Assembly: GCA_035285805.1 (NCBI GenBank)
Contig: JAYKJE010000008.1
Coordinates: forward strand, 13,902 to 77,901
Length of the DNA stretch: 64,000 nucleotides
Direction of reading: 5' to 3'
Source of the DNA: a bacterium
GTDB lineage: Bacteria; Cyanobacteriota; Sericytochromatia; S15B-MN24; UBA4093
Shown: positions 45,917-53,418 of the stretch, one piece after another
How positions within the stretch are numbered: the stretch's first letter is position 1
How the letters are laid out: each line of letters starts with the position of its first letter
Notes under the pieces: model-generated
Told to the model about the DNA's origin: nothing
Databases searched by the model: none
The model's input: the letters and a program-made list of their open reading frames with translations, nothing else
Translations under genes and position numbers: made by a program

Positions 45917-46834
45917 ATGGAGACCACCCGCAAGCCCGAATGGCTCAAGATCCGGCCCCCGGCCGGTGAGCGTTACCTCGCCATCAAGGAGAACCTGCGG
46001 GCCCTCAACTTGCACACGGTCTGCGAGGAAGCCTCCTGCCCGAATATCGGCGAGTGCTGGGGCGGTGGCACGGCGACCATGATGCTCATGGGGGACACGT
46101 GCACCCGGGGTTGCCGGTTCTGTCACATCAAGACGGCCAAGGACGGCATCCCGCTCGATCCGGATGAGCCGTCCAAGGTGGCCCTCCAGGTCGAGGTCAT
46201 GGGCCTCGACTACGTGGTGCTGACCTCGGTCGATCGCGATGATCTGCCCGACGGGGGTGCGGGTCACTTCGCGGCCACGATCAGGGCCATCAAGGCTCGT
46301 ACGCCGAAGGTCATCGTCGAGGTCCTGATTCCCGATTTCCAGGGCGACGTCTCGCAGTTGCGGACGGTCGTCGAGGCCGGTGCCGAGGTCGTGGCACACA
46401 ACGTCGAGACCGTGCGGCGGCTGACGCCGCGCGTGCGCGATCGCCGGGCGCAGTACGCCCAGAGTCTCAAGGTGCTGGGAGACATCCACCGCATCGATCC
46501 GAAGGTGTTCACCAAGACCTCGATCATGGTGGGCCTGGGTGAGACCGACGACGAGATCCGTGAGACGCTGCGCGATCTGCGCGATTATGGCTGCCAGATC
46601 GTGACCTTCGGTCAGTATCTGCGTCCGTCGCGCAAGCACTTGCCGGTCGACAGCTACATCACCCCCGAGAAGTTCGCCGAGTACCAGCGCTGGGCCGATG
46701 ACGCCGGCTTCCTGTACTGCGCGAGCGGCCCCCTCGTCCGATCCAGTTACCGCGCCGGGGAGTTCTTCATCCGCGGCATTCTCGAACAACAAGGGCGTTC
46801 ACTCGCTTCCGATGACGCAAGCCAGCCTGCCTGA
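45917..46834 (+). CDS. lipA: Lipoyl synthase
   Basis: KPEWLKIR, CEEASCPNIGECW, radical-SAM CTRGCRFC, RPSRKHLPV. An upstream ATG at 45854 would overlap the predicted -10. Confidence 0.92.
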   Translation: METTRKPEWLKIRPPAGERYLAIKENLRALNLHTVCEEASCPNIGECWGGGTATMMLMGDTCTRGCRFCHIKTAKDGIPLDPDEPSKVALQVEVMGLDYVVLTSVDRDDLPDGGAGHFAATIRAIKARTPKVIVEVLIPDFQGDVSQLRTVVEAGAEVVAHNVETVRRLTPRVRDRRAQYAQSLKVLGDIHRIDPKVFTKTSIMVGLGETDDEIRETLRDLRDYGCQIVTFGQYLRPSRKHLPVDSYITPEKFAEYQRWADDAGFLYCASGPLVRSSYRAGEFFIRGILEQQGRSLASDDASQPA

Positions 46835-46862
46835 CAGGCTGTCCGAGAGGAGACCCAACCCG

Positions 46863-47996
46863 ATGAGCCTGGTGGAATTCAAGGTGGGGGGAGCCGGGGC
46901 CTGGCCCACGGCCCCCTTCACCGTCCTTCGCGAGGACGATACCGCCGACCCGGCGACGATGCCGGACCTTTCCGATGAGGACCTGCGAGCCCTGTACCGC
47001 ACGATGGTCCTCACCCGCGCCTTCGACCAGCGCATGTTCATGCTCCAGCGACAGGGGCGGCTCGGATTCTACCTGGCCAGCACCGGTGAAGAAGCTGCGA
47101 CCGTGGGGTCTGCCTTTGCGCTCGAGCCGCAAGACTGGGTCTTTCCCTGCTATCGCGAGCAGGGATGCTACCTGTGGCGGGGCGTGACGATCCAGGAACT
47201 CGCCCACCAGTGCTACGGTAACGCCCTGGACGTCACCAAGGGGCGCCAGATGCCGGTGCATTACTCCTTCCGGCACAAGAACATCGTCTCCATCTCGAGT
47301 CCCCTGACGGTCCAGCTGCCGCAGGCGGTCGGTGCGGCGTGGGCAGCCAAGTTGCGCAAGGATCCCGTCGTGACGCTGACCTACTTCGGTGAAGGGGCGT
47401 CCAGCCAGGGCGACTTCCACGTCGGTCTCAACTTCGCCGGGGTCTACAAGACCCCCACGATCTTCTTCCTGCGCAACAACGGCTGGGCCATCTCGACGCC
47501 GCGTTCGGTCCAGACGGCCTCCGAAAACTTCGCCATGAAGGCCTCGGCGTACGGCATCGACGGCGTGCTCGTCGATGGCAACGACATCCTCGCCGTCATC
47601 GTGGCCACCCGCAAGGCCGCCGAGAAGGCCCGCCAGGGTGGAGGCCCCACGCTCATCGAGGCGCTGACCTACCGGGTGGGGTCTCACTCGACCTCGGACG
47701 ATCCGTCGGCGTATCGCGACGAGACCGAGGTCAAGGAGTGGGAGCGCAAGGATCCGATCCAGCGCTTCCAGCGCTTCCTCGCGAAGCGGGGTCTCTGGAC
47801 CCTCGAATGGGAAGCCGAGCTCCAGGAGACCTACAAGGCCCAGATCCTCGAGGCCATCGAGATCGCCGAGAAGTCACCTCTTCCCGGTCCCGAGACGCTG
47901 TTCGACGACGTGTTCGCCGATACCCCCGCGTTCCTGCTCGAGCAGCGCGCCGAGCTCCTGTCGCACCTCGATTCGCTCAAGGAGGCCCGTTCCTGA
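46863..47996 (+). CDS. 2-oxoacid (branched-chain/pyruvate type) dehydrogenase E1 alpha subunit
   Basis: ATG after GAGGAG. YRTMVLTRAFDQR, GEEAATVGSA, YREQG, GRQMPVHY, TYFGEGASSQGDFH, NNGWAIS, YRVGSHSTSDD. Confidence 0.9.
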   Translation: MSLVEFKVGGAGAWPTAPFTVLREDDTADPATMPDLSDEDLRALYRTMVLTRAFDQRMFMLQRQGRLGFYLASTGEEAATVGSAFALEPQDWVFPCYREQGCYLWRGVTIQELAHQCYGNALDVTKGRQMPVHYSFRHKNIVSISSPLTVQLPQAVGAAWAAKLRKDPVVTLTYFGEGASSQGDFHVGLNFAGVYKTPTIFFLRNNGWAISTPRSVQTASENFAMKASAYGIDGVLVDGNDILAVIVATRKAAEKARQGGGPTLIEALTYRVGSHSTSDDPSAYRDETEVKEWERKDPIQRFQRFLAKRGLWTLEWEAELQETYKAQILEAIEIAEKSPLPGPETLFDDVFADTPAFLLEQRAELLSHLDSLKEARS

Positions 47997-48970
47997 TGCC
48001 CACCATGAACATCATCCAGGCGGTCAATGATGCCCTTCGCCTGCAGATGCGCCTCGACGAGCGTGTGATCGTGCTCGGGGAGGACGTGGGCAAGTTCGGC
48101 GGCGTGTTCCGGGCCACCCAGGGCCTGCAGGAAGAGTTCGGCCAGGACCGGGTCGTCGACACCCCCCTGTCCGAGGCCGGCATCATCGGCACGGCCATCG
48201 GCATGGCCCTGTACGGGATGCGCCCCGTCCCCGAGATCCAGTTTGCGGACTTCGTCTATCCGGCGTTCGACCAGATCGTCAACGAGCTGGCCAAGTACCG
48301 GTACCGCTCGGGCGGCCAGTATCCCTGCCCGATGGTCATCCGCATGCCCTATGGCGGCGGGATCAAGGGCGGTCATTACCATTCGCAGTCCAACGAGTCC
48401 TACTGGGTGCATACGCCCGGTCTGAAGGTCGTCATTCCCTCGAACCCCGAGGATGCCAAGGGCCTCCTGCTCGCGGCCTTGCGCCAGGATGATCCCGTCA
48501 TCTTCATGGAGCCGAAGCGCGTGTATCGCGCCGCCAAGGGGGAAGTGCCCGAAGGCGATTACACGATCGAGCTCGGAAAGGCGCGCATCGCACGCCCCGG
48601 GAGCCAGGTCACGGTCCTCGCGTACGGTGCCATGACCCACATCGCGCTCGAGGCCGCGCGCAAGGCCGAGGCTGAAGGCTTCGATGCCGAGGTCATCGAC
48701 CTGCGCTCCCTCGTGCCGCTCGACATCCACACCATCATCGCCTCGGTCCAGAAGACCGGTCGCGTCGTGATCGTCCAGGAAGCGCCTCGCACGGGCGGAT
48801 TCGCGGGTGAACTGATGGCCCTCATCAACGAGCGGGCCTTCCTGCACCTCGAAGCTCCGATGCTCCGTGTCACGGGCTGGGACACCCCCTTCCCGTACAC
48901 GCTCGATCTCGAGTACCTCCCCAGCGCGGAGCGCGTCCTGGACGGCATCCGCAAGACGGTCCGGTTCTAG
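47996..48970 (+). CDS. 2-oxoacid dehydrogenase E1 beta subunit
   Basis: TGATG junction with E1 alpha. MNIIQAVNDAL, VLGEDVGKFGGVFRAT, DTPLSEAGIIG, PEIQFADF, FMEPKRVYR. Confidence 0.92.
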   Translation: MPTMNIIQAVNDALRLQMRLDERVIVLGEDVGKFGGVFRATQGLQEEFGQDRVVDTPLSEAGIIGTAIGMALYGMRPVPEIQFADFVYPAFDQIVNELAKYRYRSGGQYPCPMVIRMPYGGGIKGGHYHSQSNESYWVHTPGLKVVIPSNPEDAKGLLLAALRQDDPVIFMEPKRVYRAAKGEVPEGDYTIELGKARIARPGSQVTVLAYGAMTHIALEAARKAEAEGFDAEVIDLRSLVPLDIHTIIASVQKTGRVVIVQEAPRTGGFAGELMALINERAFLHLEAPMLRVTGWDTPFPYTLDLEYLPSAERVLDGIRKTVRF

Positions 48971-48978
48971 GAGGCGAC

Positions 48979-50316
48979 ATGACCATGGCAACCGGAAATC
49001 TGCTCGAGTTTCGCCTGCCCGACATCGGGGAGGGCGTGGTCGAAGGGGAACTGATCCGCTGGCTCGTGAAGCCCGGTGACGTCGTCGCCGAGGACCAGCC
49101 CATGTTCGAGGTCATGACGGACAAGGCGACCGTCGAGATCCCCTCGCCGCGCAAGGGCACGATCGTCGCGACCCACGGCAAGGAAGGTGAGATCATCAAG
49201 GTCGGCGACGTCGTCGTCGCCCTCGAGATGGCGGCCGGCGAGACGGCTCCCGTCATCCACGGCCACGGCGGGCGGACGGACGCCCCCCCCGCTTCGCCAG
49301 TGGTATCGACGCCGGTCGCCGCCCCGGCCCCCGCGCCCGCCCAGCCGGTCATGAGCCAGCCTGCGGTGGTCCCGGTTTCCGTGGCCGCTCCTGCCGTCGA
49401 GCCCCTGGCCCCCGTTCGCGAGGGGCGGGCCCTCGCGACCCCGGCCACGCGCAAGCTGGCGCGTGACATGGGCCTCGATCTTCAGCTCGTGCCCGGTACG
49501 GGCGATCGCGGTCGCGTGACCAAGGATGACGTCCGGCATTTCGCCGAGCGCAAGCTCGTCGCGGCGACGCGCGCGACGACGACCCCGGTCGCGGTCCCCG
49601 TGCTGAACGCGGCGCTCGAGGAGCGCATCCCGCTGCGGGGCATGCGCAAGAAGATCGCCGAGAAGATGGTGCAGTCGAAGTTCACGGCTCCCCACTTCAC
49701 CTACATGGACGAACTCGAGGCGTCGAAGCTCATCGGGCTGCGTGCCGAGCTGAAGGCCCAGGCCCAGGCCGAGGGCGTCAAGCTGACCTACCTGCCTTTC
49801 ATCATGAAGGCCGTGGTCGCAGCCCTGAAGAAGTACCCCCACCTCAACGCGTCGCTGGACGATGCGTCCGGGGAGATCGTCCTCAAGCGCTATTACAACC
49901 TCGGGATCGCCGTCGCGGGCGAGCAGGGTCTGGTCGTGCCCGTCATCAAGGACGTGGACCGCAAGGGCATCCTGCAGCTCGCACGCGAGGTCCAGGATGC
50001 CGCCGAGCGGGCCCGGGTCGGCCGCAGCTTGCCGGACGAGCTCCGGGGCGGCACGTTCACGCTCTCGAGCATCGGCTCGGTGGGCGGGCTGTTCGCGACC
50101 CCCATCCTCAACCATCCCGAGGTCGGTATCCTGGCCATCATGAAGATCCAGGAGCGGCCCGTCGTCCGCGATGGACAGATCGTCGTCGGCCACATGATGA
50201 ATCTGGCGCTGTCCTTCGACCACCGCGTGGTCGACGGCTCCGTCGGGGCCGACTTCACGAACCACGTCATCCGTCTGCTCGAGCAGCCCGGTCGCTTGCT
50301 GCTCGAGATGGTCTAG
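48979..50316 (+). CDS. Dihydrolipoamide acyltransferase E2 (one lipoyl domain, PSBD, catalytic domain)
   Basis: Lipoyl-Lys motif EVMTDKATVEIPSP, PSBD ATPATRKLARDMGLDL, catalytic SFDHRVVDG. Confidence 0.92.
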   Translation: MTMATGNLLEFRLPDIGEGVVEGELIRWLVKPGDVVAEDQPMFEVMTDKATVEIPSPRKGTIVATHGKEGEIIKVGDVVVALEMAAGETAPVIHGHGGRTDAPPASPVVSTPVAAPAPAPAQPVMSQPAVVPVSVAAPAVEPLAPVREGRALATPATRKLARDMGLDLQLVPGTGDRGRVTKDDVRHFAERKLVAATRATTTPVAVPVLNAALEERIPLRGMRKKIAEKMVQSKFTAPHFTYMDELEASKLIGLRAELKAQAQAEGVKLTYLPFIMKAVVAALKKYPHLNASLDDASGEIVLKRYYNLGIAVAGEQGLVVPVIKDVDRKGILQLAREVQDAAERARVGRSLPDELRGGTFTLSSIGSVGGLFATPILNHPEVGILAIMKIQERPVVRDGQIVVGHMMNLALSFDHRVVDGSVGADFTNHVIRLLEQPGRLLLEMV

Positions 50317-50325
50317 GAGGTCGCG

Positions 50326-51750
50326 ATGACCACCCTCCAGGTCGAGGTCGCCGTCATCGGGGCCGGTCCGGGCGGATACGTCTGTGCCATCCGCCTCGGG
50401 CAGCTCGGCAAGAAGACCCTGCTCATCGAACGCGGCAACCTCGGCGGCGTGTGCCTCAATGTGGGCTGCATCCCGTCCAAGGCGCTCATCACGGCGGCCA
50501 AGACCTTCGAGAAGGTCCAGCACGCAGACACCATGGGCATCCTGGTCGAGAACCCGCGGCTCGACTGGGGCAAGCTCATCGGCTGGAAGGACGGCATCGT
50601 CCAGAAGCTGACGAGCGGCATCGGCACCCTCGTGAAGGGGAACGGGGCCCAGGTCTTGTCGGGTGAAGCCCGTCTGGTGGCGCCCGGTACGCTGGAAGTT
50701 GCGACTCCAGACGGCCCCGTGCGGGTCGAGGCCGAGCATCTCGTGATCGCGACGGGCTCCCGCCCGATCGAGATCCCGGGCTTCGCCATCGACGGCGCGC
50801 GCGTGATCGGCTCCTCCGAAGCCCTGAGCCTGAACGAGCGTCCTGGCCGGGTCGTCGTCATCGGGGGGGGCTACATTGGCCTCGAGATGGGGACGATGCT
50901 CGCCAAGCTGGGCAGCCGCGTGACGGTCCTCGAGCGCGCCGACCAGGTGCTCCCCGGTTTCGATCCCGAGGTCGCGCAGATTCTCCAGCGGAAGCTCAAG
51001 AAGCTCGGGGTCGAGGTCCATCTCGGGGCCAGAGCGCTCGACTGGAGCGAGACGGCTGCCGGGGCGGTCGTTCGGCTCGAGAAGGCCGGACAGGTTTCCG
51101 AGATCGCGTGCGACCGGATCCTCGTGACGGTGGGGCGCCGCCCCAACGTCGAGGGGCTCGGGCTCGAACGCCTCGGCGTCGAACTCGATGCTCAGGGGTT
51201 CATCCGCACGGACCTCCAGCGACGCACGAAGGTCCCCGGCATCTGGGCCATCGGCGACTGCGCCGGTCAGCCGATGCTCGCGCACAAGGCCAGCAAGGAG
51301 GCCGAGGTCGTCGCCGAGGCGATCGCCGGACATGCGTCGGCGTACGATGTGCGCGCCATCCCGGCCGTCGTCTTCACCGATCCCGAGGTGGGCTCGGTGG
51401 GCTGGACCGAGGCCCAGGCGCGAGCCGAGGGGCACGAGGTCAAGATCGGCAAGTTCCCCTTCGCGGCGCTCGGGCGTGCCATGACGGCCCTCGAGACCGA
51501 GGGCTTCATCAAGGTCGTGGCCGATGCCCGGACTCATGAAGTCCTGGGCCTGCACGTCGTGGGGCCCTCGGCCACGGATCTCATCGCGGAGGCCGGCCTG
51601 GCCCTCGAGATGGGGGCATGCCTCGAGGATCTGAGCCTCACGGTTCATGCCCATCCCACGCTGGCCGAGGGCATCATGGAAGCGGCCAAGGCCGCACTCG
51701 GAGAGGCGATCCATGTCCTCAACCGCGACCCGGTCGGTCACGGTCGTTGA
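50326..51750 (+). CDS. lpdA: Dihydrolipoyl dehydrogenase E3
   Basis: VIGAGPGGY, redox disulfide GGVCLNVGCIPSK, GGGYIGLE, HAHPTLAE. Confidence 0.93.
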   Translation: MTTLQVEVAVIGAGPGGYVCAIRLGQLGKKTLLIERGNLGGVCLNVGCIPSKALITAAKTFEKVQHADTMGILVENPRLDWGKLIGWKDGIVQKLTSGIGTLVKGNGAQVLSGEARLVAPGTLEVATPDGPVRVEAEHLVIATGSRPIEIPGFAIDGARVIGSSEALSLNERPGRVVVIGGGYIGLEMGTMLAKLGSRVTVLERADQVLPGFDPEVAQILQRKLKKLGVEVHLGARALDWSETAAGAVVRLEKAGQVSEIACDRILVTVGRRPNVEGLGLERLGVELDAQGFIRTDLQRRTKVPGIWAIGDCAGQPMLAHKASKEAEVVAEAIAGHASAYDVRAIPAVVFTDPEVGSVGWTEAQARAEGHEVKIGKFPFAALGRAMTALETEGFIKVVADARTHEVLGLHVVGPSATDLIAEAGLALEMGACLEDLSLTVHAHPTLAEGIMEAAKAALGEAIHVLNRDPVGHGR

Positions 51751-52405
51751 CCTGGGCCTCCGCCCTTACGCGGAGGTCTGGGAACTCCAGAAGCAGCTCG
51801 TGGAGCGCGTCGCGGCGGGTGAGTCCGGCGACGTGCTCCTGCTGTGTGAGCATCCGGCCGTGATCACCCTCGGGCGCAAGGCCACCATCGAATCCGATGT
51901 CCTCGATGCCGGACGATTTCCCATCTTTCCCGTCGAACGGGGGGGCGAAGCGACGCATCATGCCCCCGGGCAGATCGTGGGCTACCCGATCCTGTATCTC
52001 GAAGAGTCCGAGCGCGACCTGCACCGGGTGCTGAGAAACCTCGAGGAGATCAACATCCGGGCCCTCGCCCGGCAGGGGATCGAGGCCGGGCGCCGCTCCG
52101 GCCTGACGGGCGTGTGGGTCGGCGATCGCAAGGTCACCAGCGTGGGACTGGCCGTGCGGAAGTGGGTCACGTACCACGGCTTCGCGCTGAACGTCTCGAA
52201 CGACGTCAGCGGATTCGACGCGATCCGACCCTGTGGTCTGACGGCCGAGGTCATGACGAGCGTGGAGGATCTCCTGGGCCAGACCGTCTCGCTCGATGCC
52301 TTCCGGGGGGACCTGATCGAGGCGTTCGAGCAGGTTTTTGCGCGTCCGGTGCGTCAGGGAGACCTCACCGGATCAGGATGCTCTGGGCCCGCCTCAGCTC
52401 TGTGA
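51713..52405 (+). CDS. lipB: Octanoyltransferase (lipoyl(octanoyl) transferase)
   Basis: Only in-frame ATG near the N-terminus; overlaps lpd by 38 nt. CEHPAVITLGR, ERGGEATHHAPGQIVGYPIL, GVWVGDRKVTSVGLAV, IRPCGL. Confidence 0.88.
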   Translation: MSSTATRSVTVVDLGLRPYAEVWELQKQLVERVAAGESGDVLLLCEHPAVITLGRKATIESDVLDAGRFPIFPVERGGEATHHAPGQIVGYPILYLEESERDLHRVLRNLEEINIRALARQGIEAGRRSGLTGVWVGDRKVTSVGLAVRKWVTYHGFALNVSNDVSGFDAIRPCGLTAEVMTSVEDLLGQTVSLDAFRGDLIEAFEQVFARPVRQGDLTGSGCSGPASAL

Positions 52406-52802
52406 ACACATGCCGGCATATCAGGCTCGAGAGCCGCGGGTCCAGGTTGCTGAAGCGGGCGCCCACGCCTTCGGAATCCTGGCGAATCGCCTCGAGCTCG
52501 ACGCGATAACGACGGGGGCCCACGGGGAGATTCACGTAGATGGGGCCCGTGATCTGGCGAGCCGTGATTTCCGGGATGCTGATCCGGATCCCGGTCGTCG
52601 ACATGTCCTTCAGGCGTCCGCTGTAGACCCCCATCGTCTGGGCCATCTCGATCTCGATGGCAACATCCATCGCCACCCTGCGGTTCTTGCGCTTTTCGGT
52701 GCGTCCCCGGTTCTGGTGGTTCACCCCGCGTACGAGGTTGTCCAGCCGCTGCATGCGGACTTCATTCGTCTCGGGGGCGTCCGGGTTCGGCATGTCGCGC
52801 AC
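52365..52802 (-). CDS. Single-domain PilZ (c-di-GMP receptor-type) protein
   Basis: RKNRR (RxxxR) followed 23 residues later by DMSTTG (DxSxxG), as in canonical PilZ. Confidence 0.75.
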   Translation of the reverse strand: MRDMPNPDAPETNEVRMQRLDNLVRGVNHQNRGRTEKRKNRRVAMDVAIEIEMAQTMGVYSGRLKDMSTTGIRISIPEITARQITGPIYVNLPVGPRRYRVELEAIRQDSEGVGARFSNLDPRLSSLICRHVFTELRRAQSILIR

Positions 52803-52832
52803 TCCTTTCGCTCGGGGATGGGTGCAGCCGAC

Positions 52833-53417
52833 TCAGGCGTCGGCCAGGGGATCGTCGGTCTCGCGCGGGATCGTCAGGTGTCCGTCCACGGCGAGCGCTC
52901 GCATCCGGAGGGCTTCCCAGTTCCCCAGGAAGCGGCTGCGCGGGGCCACGTCTTCCGGGTCCGACCGGAGATCGAGCAGAGTCAGGATCGTCTGAACGAT
53001 CCGTTCCACCACTGCCACCAGGTCTCGCCACCGGACACTCACTTCGAGTTGCAGCGACCCACCGGCGTTGGACTGGATCGCCAGGTACACGTGGCTTTCG
53101 TCCTGGATGAAGGTTTCGAGGATCCGGCCCGATCCGAGCTTCACGACATGCGATCGCCGTCCGGCCTCTGCCCCTTCCCTTTCGGCCTCGTCGACCACGC
53201 CGGCCAGCAGCGACGTGATGCCCCAGGCGGATGCTCGCAGCAGGTCGTCCCCGAGCACCACCTCCGGCAGGCTGACCACGGCGTGGCAGACCTGGATGAC
53301 CAGGTCTCCCTGCACCACCCCGGGACACGCACCCGATACCAGCGACGACCAGGTCGCCGCGTCCGGGATGGTGACCCGCTGCACGTCGATGGGTGCGACA
53401 TCCCCGCTTGGCGGCAC
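52833..53417 (-). CDS. Hypothetical protein, 194 aa, no recognised motif
   Basis: Strong G/C bias at the third codon position in this frame. Start lies 1 nt after the amidase stop. The opposite-strand 441-aa ORF is shadow-like. Confidence 0.6.
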   Translation of the reverse strand: MPPSGDVAPIDVQRVTIPDAATWSSLVSGACPGVVQGDLVIQVCHAVVSLPEVVLGDDLLRASAWGITSLLAGVVDEAEREGAEAGRRSHVVKLGSGRILETFIQDESHVYLAIQSNAGGSLQLEVSVRWRDLVAVVERIVQTILTLLDLRSDPEDVAPRSRFLGNWEALRMRALAVDGHLTIPRETDDPLADA

Positions 53418-53418
53418 G

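Noticed and set aside
48967-51741. 924-aa minus-strand ORF
   Set aside because: Antisense to the E2 and E3 genes of the 2-oxoacid dehydrogenase operon; shadow ORF.
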